64,000 bases of DNA, taken from NCBI GenBank assembly GCA_001642005.1, contig LWCA01000008.1, forward strand, positions 39,557 through 103,556, given 5' to 3'. A program made the position numbers and the translations under genes. This DNA is from Intoshia linei (taxonomy: Eukaryota; Animalia; Orthonectida). This document shows positions 13,101-25,608 of the stretch, one piece after another. The first letter of the stretch is position 1, and the number at the start of each line of letters is the position of its first letter. The notes beneath the pieces were generated by a model that saw only the letters and a program-made list of their open reading frames with translations, did no database searches and was not told where the DNA came from.

Positions 13101-14747
13101 TGTTAAATTTATTTTGTTAACATTTATGTAAAGAATTTTCAAAAAAATGGTTATCCCATTTTTTTAATTTATTAGACAGAACTTCTGTATAATATTAAAA
13201 TTAAAGTAAAAACAGTCTGTAATGATGAATGTAGCAGGATAAGTAAAGAGCCTTTATAATAACAAGATATTTACAGATGTTAATTTAAAAATAATAACAC
13301 GTGATAAATGTAAATAAACAATTTAATCTTCATAGTGATCACATTGACATCACTACACCTCCCACACAAAATCCTTAAAATAGACAGAGCGGTTCGTTTT
13401 CTTTTTCTTGGTTTATATTGATTTTGTTGTTTACTTTATATTTTTTATATGGCATTAAAAGTATAATTATAAATTCTACACTACAACATAAATATTTACA
13501 CAGGATTTGACAGGAATTTAGTTAAAATGTTAATTCTACATAAAAAATAAAATGAATACTCAACTGTTTATATAAGACTAAGTTGATTGTTATGTACTAT
13601 GTACAATCAGTGGTAATCAATAAATTATTGCAATAGCAATAATTGCAATAAATTTATTGCAATAATTTATTTTTGATAAAAAATATATTGGAGCAATAAT
13701 TTAAAATATTTCAACAAAGTTATTATTAAAGTTTTATTAGTTAACTAATAAAGATCACTAAACTTACTTATTTACTTATATACTAAACTTAAAAATATAT
13801 TATCACTCAAAAATGTACTTTTCAATAAAATTTTTATAATTTTCGTCATCTGCCTACTCTAAATCGAAATAACAAATAACAATATAGTAATTATNTATTA
13901 AAACTTCACTTTATTAAGAAAGTGAAAAATTACAAATAAAATATTGACTAAAATTATCAATGGTATTTATGGAGTACGTATTTAGTACTTATAAAAATAC
14001 GTACTTTTGTTAAAATAAGTACTTATGGACACACTATTTTATTTAATGATATGGGTAAAACATTGTTATCTGAAAGTTCATGTTATAGCAGAGTGGATAA
14101 TTTGTATACCGATTTGGACATCTTTTTATTTAAGATGAACTAATCTGAGTTCCTTTGTGCCAATCGTTACAGAAAGTAAACAAATTTTTGGATTTAATAA
14201 AATTTAGAATTTGGAAAATATAATTTGAAGTATAGTTTTGTATTTCGGCTTTTGGAAACATCCTATTGTACACTGTACGTTGGTTCGATATTAAAGTTAA
14301 TAGATAATATATGTATAATAATATGATGAAATCTTTGAATAAATACAAACACGTACACGTATATAAATAAATGTAATATTTGTTACTACACATAATAAAT
14401 TATTCACTGTTTACAACGAATTCTAATGACATACTAACCTCAAATCCAAGTATCCAAAGTGTTACATATGGATCCTGGCGAGTCCACCAAATAATTTATT
14501 TTTATTATTTGGAATTTAAATAAAATTACGTCGATCGACATTATGATCTGACAATTCTGTAAAATCACATAATACATATTATTTACATAATTATAATGTA
14601 GATTATTTTCTATGAAATAAAAACAGTATGCTTCCATTTCTGAAATTGACGCCTTCGCAGTAAGAAAAGCATATTATGGCTTCAATAGTAACCCTTATTT
14701 TGTTAATTATTTTAATTAAAATTGAAATAAAAACTATTATATAATAT

Positions 14748-14972
14748 ACTAGTTGAGTGTTATGTACTACGTACATTGTACGTCGTACAAACAGCATCTA
14801 GCTTGCCGATGGCTCATTTTTATTCTACACAAAAAATATATTAAAGTTGAAAATCTAACTTAAAAATGCTGCTATTCACTATTACCAATCGTTTAAAGGA
14901 GTGGTTCCCACATTTGTTTCACGTGGAACCGTCATATCACATTACTTTTTACTTTGAAGTGAATAATTTCCC
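14748..14972 (-). mobile_element. Helitron-like family A 3'-end fragment
   Basis: On the minus strand it ends in the ATGTACGTAGTACAT hairpin followed by ...CAACTAG|T. Matches 12887-13100. Confidence 0.65.
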
Positions 14973-15284
14973 AAAAAAAAGTGTATACTGTGAATTAGTT
15001 TTTTGAACATAAAACTTTAACTTAAAAACTAAATGACCTGCGTCAAATGGCTTTTAATTGGAAAATCTTGAGTAGATATATAATAAGTTAATATTGTTAC
15101 TAATTTGTATACAACTCTATTTAGCTTAATAGTTTTGTATTTTAGTTATATAGTCCGACCCCGTTTTTCGGCAAACCTCAGAGTGGATATACTCGTATTT
15201 TGGAACAGTTTTACAATCTCAAAATTAACACACCACGTTTGATTTGGTGCATCTCCAAATTTGGTGCAATTATATCAAAACATA

Positions 15285-15530
15285 CTATCCATACCTAAAT
15301 AAAAAAATACAAATAATTTATAGAATCATTTCTAAAAACATTTCTTACCTTGGTCTATTCATTTCCATCAACCTTCCTTTTATTATGCTGACAACATCGT
15401 TAAAATTTTTATCTTGACTCGTTTCAATTTCATTATAAGGATTAATAATATCGTCAATATCCATTATTCTTCCGTTGACACAACTGATAACCAATATTAA
15501 TGAAAAAATTAAAAAAATGTTTTTATGCAT
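15285..15530 (-). CDS. NPY/NPF-type neuropeptide precursor, copy 1 (63 aa, ends RPRYG-stop)
   Basis: Exon 1 (15349-15530) is a signal peptide plus RIMDIDD...RLMEMNRP-AG|gtaag. A 54-bp phase-2 intron splits the second Arg codon. Exon 2 (15285-15294) is G TAT GGA TAG. Confidence 0.85.
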
Positions 15531-17726
15531 TTTAATATTCAAAATTATATCGAATTTATGCAAAATAATTAACAATGAAAATATTTAAAAAATTTACTTT
15601 TACGTCAAACATTTTATAATTTTTAAATTTAATTAATCCACATTTAGTGGTGGATTAAATCAAATTGATTGAATGGAAAGCTGCAATATTAAGAGTGTAA
15701 AGTCAAATATTTAATTAATCAAAATTAAAGGTAATACTTATTGAATCGAAATTAAATTTAATCAATAATATGAATAAATTTCAAAAATTTTAGTTAATAT
15801 TATCATAAATTAATAAATAATGGATAGTTGCTTGATTTCTAGAAAAAAGGAAAGTAGATGTAAAAATACTATTAACACAGAATTTTTTTATTTAACAGTC
15901 ACAATTTGCCATATATTTCATTCTTTAGATGGATATGTTCAGTTTAAAATTGCATGCACTTGAATACTATGTTCTTTAATAATGAGCGAATGAAATTTGT
16001 GTGAATGTGCGTGATACAATTTTTATTGAAATAATACATTTGTATGTTGATATATGCAGTACATTAAGGTGTGTCTCGTGATATTTCAAGAATATTAAGT
16101 AATTATTATTGTTGAACTATCATAATGCTTAAATAATTAAGTACTTTTTTACGCATAGTGTATGTAGACTAGGGGTTAGTGATTGTGATTTCCCAGGAAA
16201 AATAAAAATTTTTTATTCATATATAACATAAAAGCATTACAAATTATAGAGACCTTAATTAATTTTAGAAACCAAAAGAAATTTAATTAGTGAAATAACA
16301 CGAATCTAGATTGAAATTTACAAATTTAATTAAAAAAAATTTTATTTATTTTAGATTGTTGAAAAAGTGTTTCAAAACACACATAATATTGATAAATTTG
16401 TCTGTTAAACGCGTTCTACGTTTTGTAACGAAATATTACTCGAAATTTTTTTAAAATAGAGGCCTCATTTTTTCTATTTGAGCATTAAAAAAATTATTTT
16501 CTATTTAATATATTTAATATTAATACATACTATTTATATAATAACATTTATTATGTATCATATTATTTTTTGTATTACATTTAATTTGTCAAGTGAAGAG
16601 CCTTGGATGTGTGGCTAGGGACTATGTGAAATTATGAAAAACATTTAGGGTATTTTTCGTTTTCGGTTGACATGGAACTTTTTACCTTCGGCTATGGGTA
16701 ACAAGTTTTTAGTACAAATAGTATCACCGAAATTTCATTTTTATTTAATTTTTATTTACATCATTAAAAATATTCATTGCTGTGTTATAAATATTGTCAC
16801 TATGCATATTATTTAAATTTTGATTTAATATTATTTGAGCAGTGCTACCCAAACGGGTCCTTGTGTTTTTTTTAAATTATAGGGTTCTTTTCTTTTCCTA
16901 AAAAGGCTAACTGGGGTTTTGAACATGAATATGTACGTTTCCAAGACTAAACTACGACGATATTAATTATAACTAAAATAATTATTTTAAAACGCGTCCT
17001 AGGAATTATGTGATTTAAAGCTGTAGGACTGATTTTATTTTATTTTTTAATAAAAAAGAGTAATTTTGGGTTTTGGACCTAAAGGACTATTATAAATCTC
17101 AGAGTATATGTTCATTAAACATTGTTCAATACCTTTCAATGCCAAACCATAGGCGACTGCTGTGGTAGTAGATATATGGCTGGGACGGCATTTGGTTACA
17201 AAACTAAGAACGGTATATGCTTCATAAACACCACCATGGATTCTAAAAATGTATTGGAAAAGTATTTCCTGTCTACTTAGTACAAAAAGCATTCTAGCTC
17301 GCAGAGGTTGGACATTTTTATTATACCAAAAAAAAATTCAATAATAAAATCTTAATTAAATATGCTGCTCATTATTAACAATCATTTAAAGGTGTTTCCA
17401 AACTTATTACACGTGGACCCGTCAAAGCAAACAAAGCATATTAGATAAGTATGGATTTTGTTTAAAGTCGCAATGTTCGAATCATAGGATGTTTATGACT
17501 ATTACAGTAATGCCATTTATCATTAACGTTTAAAAAAATATCAATATTATTATATAAGTGTTATTGATTATAATTTATAAATTATTCTCCTGGGAAATTC
17601 TAACGTTTATACAAATCACATAAGGATAATATATATTTATTTGAAATTTCGACATTTACTAAGAGTATTAAGTAATTAAGCTATTCTACATACAATGTAA
17701 TTATTGATGTTAGTTTTTAATATATT

Positions 17727-18247
17727 CTATCCATATCTAAAATAAAAATACATTGATACAAGTCAATTAAATGTAATATTAAGACATGATATTAGGAAAT
17801 AGAAATTTTACTGTCTAAAAGCAAAAATAATTTTAATATTTAAATAAACAATGTAAAGTTTTCATTAATTAATAATTCGTCACTATCCCATTTTGGTAAA
17901 ATGGTAATACCAGAAATTCAAAATATATTTTTAATATTTTAAAAAATTCTAATGAAATTCTAATAATCCACACAATGGACATTAAAAATATTACACATGA
18001 TATACATGTATGTCACAAATGTACTTGTATCATTTACATGTGATGAAATAATAATAATATTTTACCTTGGCCTGTTCATTTCCATTAATCTTATTTGTAT
18101 CGTTTTTAAGACATCATCAAAACTTTCATTTTCTACAGAACCATCCTCATAAGAATTAATAAAGTCATTAATATTAACTATTCTGCTATATATTGTAGTA
18201 CCAACTACAATTATAATCACTAAAAATACAAAAAAATTATATTGCAT
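17727..18247 (-). CDS. NPY/NPF-type neuropeptide precursor, copy 2 (63 aa, ends RPRYG-stop)
   Basis: Exon 1 (18066-18247) is MQYNFFVFLVIIIVVGTTIYS-RIVNIND...RLMEMNRP-AG|gtaaa. The intron is 17737-18065. Exon 2 (17727-17736) is A TAT GGA TAG. Same intron position as copy 1. Confidence 0.85.
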
Positions 18248-19736
18248 TGTGAATTTATTTATGCTTAATGTATTTGAGTTGTTTAATGTCAAAATAAATA
18301 TATAATGATAATTTCTAATGATAAAAGTGCACCCATAACATAATAATTTAATTGTATTGCTAATCAATTTACATTAACATACATTGTATATTATAAGATT
18401 GCTCAATAATTTGCAAACATTATTATAGTGCGTTATTAAATTATATTTTTATTGATTTCTCATATGTATGTACAGTATTGTATATAATACATAATGTATA
18501 AGGTTTTAATAAATTTTTTAATGTGAACAAATGTATCAATATGAAATCAACCAGATTATATTGCATTTAAAATTTAAACAGATTAATTTTGTTGTATAGA
18601 TTACATTTGATTGCAAACGACATTATTGACTAAAACGTGGCGTTTTTGTTCTCGACCAGCCAACTAGTTTAATATTTTCGGCAGTTCAACTCTTGTGTGA
18701 CAAGAAAACTCACTTTCTATATAGTTTCACGCTAATCTTTTCATTACTTTTAAATCACTATCAGAACAAGACTAATAACCAGGGATGGAGATAGCAAGTA
18801 ATTTTTAAATTAACTGGAAATAATAGTTATTAATCAAGAACATGGTGAAAAGCTAGGAGCCATATGGTTTGGGTCTACAATCATGAGGGGCCTACCTTTA
18901 AATTTATTAATACTGTAATATTAGTAGTAATACTAGTAATATTGAAAAATTTTTAATTATACCACGATTATTATTATACCAAAAATTTTTATATTAACAT
19001 AACAGTCCAATAGTTATTTTTAATTTAAATAAATTTACTTTTTTGGAAATCCCAAAGTTAGTTACTTAAGTTAAGTAGACAATTTTTTAATTTTTGTATT
19101 ATTTAGAATTTTAGAACGAATTATATTTTATCATGATTTTTTTATTAAATTTTTAAATTTTAAATTTAAATTTTAATTTTTTTAAATATCTTAGTAATAA
19201 ATTATTACTATAAATAAATATTTTACCAAATTTGTCCTGCTATTTTTTGAAGCGATTGATCCTGATAAGGTGTGTCAATTATGCATTGTCGCCCGCGTTA
19301 TAATATAAATTTTTATTTTTATAACAAAAATTTTCAAAATTTCTTTTTTTAGTTTTTTTATATATTTTTCATGATTACAATGATAAAATTTTTTTATTTG
19401 TTATACACTTATTTCATTACTATTATTTCTTATTTTATTTTATTAATTAATTAAAACTGTTAGTTTAATAATAGTTTGAGTAGATATTTTTTGTTTGGTT
19501 CGCGTAATAATTTTTTTTCATATTTATCGCGCCAAGCAAATTGAGTCTGACACCCTGATCCTGACGATTCTTACAGATTTTCTTAGGTTTAGGTATGACA
19601 AATGAGAATATTGTATAAAATTTCGCCGGCATCACCACTGGTAATCAACTGATTAAATCAGTAGGAATCGAAAAATGTGATTTAACAATTTATAATTTAC
19701 AGTACAAGTTCATTTATTAGTGTTATGGAGTCTTCA

Positions 19737-22700
19737 TTACTTGGTCATTTGTAATACTTTATTATGAGCTCGTTCATTGGCTAATGCTAGATATCGTATA
19801 TTTTCAATACACCCTGCAGCAGCTTCTTGTAAATTTCTGTCATCGCTTCCAACCATTTCAAGTAAAGTCTATTTAACAATATATAATTTAATTATGCAAA
19901 TATATTTAAAATCTAATGCAATGCAGTTTTTACCAAATGGGGATTAAGCCCACAGGATTTCAATAATTTACAAACCATTAAATTCCATGGACCTCAAATA
20001 AAACAATAATGCATGATAATGAAATAAAAAGAATGTTTAGGCTAATAATTATTTGAATAGTACCGATACAACACCATGATCGTGCATCGTAATGCAATTA
20101 TCTGGATTTTCGGATAATCGATATAACGCTCTAGCGGACGATCTGTGCACATTTTCATCTTTAGAGGACAAATAGTCTACAAGTGGTCTAACAGCACCAG
20201 CTTCGCCAAGTAACTCTCTATTTTTGTGCCAACTGCAACACCTAGCTATAGCTTCAGCTAAATTAAATATAATATATATACAAAATTTTATTCCTTTAAA
20301 AAAATTAAATTACCTAAATGAGTACGGAGTAAATCATCATTAGTGTCAGTCAAATTTGCTAATAAGGGAATCACACCATGATCGGTTATGACGGCTAAAT
20401 TTTCCTCATCGTTAGCAATGTTCGCTATAGCAGCACATACACCGGCCAATAAGTAGACATCATCGGATTTTAGTAGACTAACAATTAATTCCAATCCACC
20501 AACAAATGATCGAATCATTTCTCCAGCATCCTATATTTTATTATTTATTTCCGTATATTATCGTAATTTTAAATTTAAAAAATTAATTTTCTTAGAAAAT
20601 CTTTCCGAGAGTGACGGTGAAAAAACGTTTGGGAACCAATGACTTACCCAATATAAATTAAAAATTATTTATATAATATTTTCTATAAAAACCAGAAAAA
20701 TGCGACCCAGAATACAGAATATTCAAGTTTTTTACCCAACTACATTTGTATTTGATGTATTATTAGTAATAATAATTACGTCTAAATTTTCTAAATAACG
20801 TAGGGCATGAAAACTACATAATATGTAGTACTAGGGTGTCCAGTGGACATGATTTTATTATATTTTATATGACACCAGTGTTTTTAATGATGTTTGAATT
20901 CCCCATAAAAAACAGCATAATTATCTATAGAAACAAAATAAAAGCTGATTAGCAGTGGATCACTCAAGCTAAAATTTTTATGACAACCACACATTTTTTT
21001 TTAAATTAACATAACTAAGATATAAATAATTTCTCAAAATTTTAGATGTAACCTCTATAACAATTTAATCTATAGATTTATTTACTAGGCAAATTTAAGT
21101 ATACCAAAGTTGTGTATTTAAATTTTAAATTGATTTAAACATTTATGCAAATATTTCGCTAAGTGATTGTAAAGTGAATAATCTTTTCTGAATTTCAGAA
21201 TCTGAATATATAATTGTGCTCATATTTACAAATTAGAAATTAATTTAACAATTATTAAGAAATTTAATACTCGAAAATATTAATTATTTTTTTTTTTTTA
21301 ATATTTTTCTAATTTTTCAAAAAATATATAAAATCAACTCGGGCTTTGCCCGAGTAACCCGAGTTGGAGAGTCGCCACTGCTGATTAGTATATATAAAAT
21401 ACAGTAATATTTTAAATGTATCCTAACATTTTTGGTATCAATTTCAATAATTACTTTTGAGGCGGTAAATATTAATCAATTTCATTTTTATGGGTGATAA
21501 ATGCTTAAAATAAATAAGGCATCCACATGCAAAAGGGGTGATTCAAATAAAAAAAAAGTGGACATCCTAATGTAGTATATATACACATTATATACACACA
21601 TATTATCACACTTTCGTTAATAAACGTATAATGATTTACATTTCACTGAAAAATTTATATATTGCAATAGTACAATGCAGCGAATTCACAAGTAAAATAT
21701 TTAAAAATATACAAAATTTTTATATACGTTATCTCAAAAATAATAAATCATACCTTCATATTTTCAATGCACGGACATATGGCCCATGCAGCACTGGAAA
21801 CCACCTTCTCATTGTTGCTTTTTAAAAGTGACCACAATAGACGAACACCATCAAGTCTGTCAATCAATCTAAGATTATAATAAATGATTTTAAACTACAG
21901 TTTGAAATGAGCAGTTATAATTAAGTTTGCAAGATAAGTAAAAAGCCGATAAAGCCATGTGATTTATCGTATACGAGTAGTCACCGTAGTAGTAGTATTA
22001 TAAAGTTTGATAATAGTGTAGTGAGTCACTATGAAACCCATTTTAAGACAGAAAAACTAAATAATATTATAACATACCAGGTTGACTCTTATGTACTACG
22101 TACAAAAAGCATTTAGCTCTGCCGAGGGCACATTTTCATTCTACAGAAAAATTAAATTTACGTTGAAAATCTAAACTAAAAAATCCTACTATTCACTATT
22201 ATCAATCCTTTAAAAGAGTGGTTCCCAAACTTGTTTCAGGTGGAACCGTCATATCACACTACTTTTTATTTTAAAGTGAATTATTCCATCTTAATTTTTT
22301 CATCTGATTTTCAAAAAAAGGATAATTGTGCTTTTTGATCCTTAAGATGTGAGTTTGGGAAATTGAAATTTATTTTGCTAACATCCCCCGGAAAAAAACT
22401 ATAATTGAAAAGTGGACTTTATAAAATTCTAAGACTGGTAGTGACTATCAATAACTACTTTCAATAAATGTTATTAAAATAAAAAGTAACACACACACAA
22501 ACAAATAATATATAATGCATAGCATATTATATAAGTAAGGAATCCTTACTTATATAATAGTTACTAAGCTTACCTTACTTAACTTTACCATACTAAGGAT
22601 TAACCCCTACATATTGACTATCACAGAATTTATGTTTTATAAAACTTTAAGACATATTTAATTTTTGAAACAAAGGGTAAATTGGTGTTTTTGACCCTGA

Positions 22701-25106
22701 AGTTATACGTTTCTGACGCTAATATAAAATAAAATGTTAATGAATTTAAAACGCGCCCCAGAATGTTGGTTTTTATCAAATTTTTGTGTTAATTTTTTTA
22801 AACAAAATGGGAAATTGGGTTTCTGACCCTAAAGGACTCAAATTCTAAAACTAAAAAATAGATAAAAATACGCTCTGGGAAAAACTATATTAGAAATTGA
22901 AAAATTTTTCAATAAATGGTTACATATACAGAAACACACACACATTCATTTTTTGTTGTTTTTGAAACGCACAACCCGAATCAACACACACCTATAAGAA
23001 TTGAAAGGTTTAGTGCTATGTCTCGTAAATATTATCAAAAAATTACGGTATATTGTCCGGATCTATGGCGCATTGACCGACAGCTTTTGTGACATTTACC
23101 AATAATACATGATTAGTTCCAATCAACAAGTTCACAAGCTGTGGTATTCCTCCTGATTTACGAATAGACGATCGATTAAATTGATCTTTAGCCAATTCTG
23201 CTAATGCACCAACTGCATTAATTAAAACCTAAACATTTGTATTCAAGTAATAAAATAATTTACAATTTCAGGTTGATTATTCAATAAAGAGACAAGTCTT
23301 TCAATAACTTTTAAATCCCTAAACTTTTTAACATTTTCAGGGCTAATTGAACATTTCCAAATGGCACCTGTGGCAGCGGACAAAATCTCCTTATTGTTTG
23401 ATGAATCATTGATTAAAGCCACTAAAGGTTTCAATCCATCGTGTTGGCGAACTAGATCTCGACTTTCCACATCTTCAGCACACTAAAAATTTGATTCACT
23501 ACCAACTAACAACTAATTTACCTTAAAAATAGCATTGGCTGCGTGCATTTTTAACTCTTCGTTTTTACTATTTAGATGTTTAACTAAGTCTTGAATCATT
23601 TCTTCTTTACGAATGGCGATTCTGTAATATTTTTCACTGGCGCATTCTTCTAAAGTACCCACTGTTGGTATAAGCATGCGATCATTAGAAGATTTTAATA
23701 ATCTAGCCAATATCTTGATAGCTCCGGCATCGCTGATTGCCTTTTTATTCGATTTACTTTTTGAACAACTCCACAAAGCGAGAACGCCACACCTAGCCAA
23801 TTCAAAATTTTTTTCATTTTCCAGCATTGATTTTTTACTTACTTTTGCAGTAGTATCTTCAGCAGGTAATTTATGCAAAAGTGAAACCTTAATAAATACA
23901 CTTAATTTTGATAAAATATTAAAATACAATTTTATCGATTCCACCATTTTGCCGTACTGTCGTTCTAGCTCTTTTAAATTTTGCTACATTGGAAATAGTT
24001 TCGGCGGAAAGGCATTGCAAATCTTTATCAGGATATTCCAAAATTTTAACCATTACCTTTAAACCTCCCAAATCTGCAATCACTCTTCTAATGTGTGGAT
24101 TGATTGATATTTCTTTCAAAATTTTTAAAGATCCAATCTAAACGAATATTAAAATCTAGACCAACACTGTTAAAACATTAGATACACGTTTATTTCAATA
24201 ATAAAACCTTGCACTTGATTTCATGCGTATCCAAAAGATTTATCAATATTTCCAATCCACCGACATCTTTAATAGCATATTGACAACTTTCAGTGGCTAA
24301 ATTGAATTCACGCATAGAGCATAAAGCTATAATTGTAGCAGTTTGATTTCCAGCCTAAAATTTAATAAAATAATTATGAAAAGTAGTTAGATATTCAGAG
24401 GGTACACGCCATCAATGGTGACTCACAACATGCATTTTTAGAATAACTCGATTTTTTGAAAAAATACACTAATTAAAATAAAATTGAATATAATAGATTA
24501 TGTATTATATGTTTTAAAATCCAAACTGATTAAATATAATGTAAAAATCTAATAAAATAAATGTTAGTTAAAATTAAATTTGAAAAACTATGGTTAGATA
24601 ATTTTTAAAATTAATGTTGTAATAATCTAAATTTAATTTTATAGATTGAAGTCTAGATTTTTGATTTATCAGTAAAAAACGTCTACTGATAATGCAATTA
24701 TAAAATTTACGATTAATTGCTTTTATTTTAAATTGTAAATATTTTAATAATTTTTGATATTTGATAATGAAAAAAGAGTGATTTGCAATTTTTTTGAATT
24801 TGCAAAGTGTCTCTGCAATTGAAATTTAAAACACTTATTGGAAAATCTATTTTTTTAAACACTAGGGCTCTTAATTAATAAACAAATTATTAACGCATAG
24901 CAGACACAAAAATTCAATTTTATACATGTGAGTATGGATAATAACAATTTAAATTATATTACTTTTAAGTATTTAACGAGTTTTTGAATTTGCCAATATT
25001 CAGAAGGCAAATCAACATTATTATCAATGTGCCTGTTAATCAATTCATCTTCATCGTAGCTGTCTGACGAACTTGAATAGTCGCAGTTGTCTTTATATTT
25101 GTCCAT
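19737..25106 (-). CDS. ARMC4: Armadillo repeat-containing protein 4 / outer dynein arm docking complex subunit 2
   Basis: Collinear motifs [112 protein letters not shown] and [20 protein letters not shown]. The 5' end is uncertain. Confidence 0.95.
20831..21569. mobile_element. MITE-like element with TIR TAGGGTGTCCA/TGGACATCCTA, carrying a nested MITE
   Basis: Terminal inverted repeats and a flanking direct repeat ATGTAGTA at 20823-20830 and 21570-21577. Confidence 0.55.
20953..21380. mobile_element. hAT-type MITE with a perfect 8-bp TSD
   Basis: CTGATTAG|CAGTGG...CCACTG|CTGATTAG. Confidence 0.75.
22077..22541 (-). mobile_element. Internally deleted Helitron-like family A element, abutting head-to-head a second 5' end at 22543
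   Basis: On the minus strand it starts TCCTTACTTATATAATATGC and ends TGTACGTAGTACA-TAAGAGTCAACCTGG|T. Confidence 0.7.
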
Positions 25107-25608
25107 TATATTAATATATAAAATTGATATAGCACTGTTTGTAGTTACCTGGAGCAGTCATATATTTGTAGAATTTATGTTTTTATTAGTAAAATTTCAA
25201 GTTTTACAAAATTTTACCATGATCAAATAAATATCTAATCGATTTCTAATTATGTATTAATAATTTATAATCTACCTAAAACTGTTTTAACATTTTTTAA
25301 AATATAATGTATATCAGTTGATTTTGATATACTGTAGTACTCCCTATATTGAACAAAATGTAGAAGGTTAATGATCTGTCGATGATAAGAGTATAGTTTA
25401 AATCAAGGGTCGGCAACCTTTTGCGTTTCGTTAGCCATTTTTTTATATCAAAAAATAATATGGGACCCGTTTTGGAAAATTTAAACATGATAAATTTTAA
25501 TTTTAACTGAAGAGAACCGTTTCTAGTATATTCAACAAAATAATATCAAAAGCAATCTGAAAATTCAGAATGTGAATATAGTATAAAATTTAATTGAATA
25601 TAATAAAT

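Noticed and set aside
13100-13600. Searched for a third NPY copy next to the third Helitron 3' fragment
   Set aside because: No signal peptide, RPR|gt donor or YG-stop exon was found.
14050-14710. Possible decayed hAT transposase C-terminal region on the plus strand (DIF..MN, KFRIWK)
   Set aside because: The similarity is too weak and stop-riddled to call without a profile search.
23676-24062. Plus-strand 128-aa ORF (similarly 58512-59051, 27848-28120 and 62318-62524)
   Set aside because: These are antisense to well-supported ARMC4, POLK or receptor exons and have no motifs of their own.
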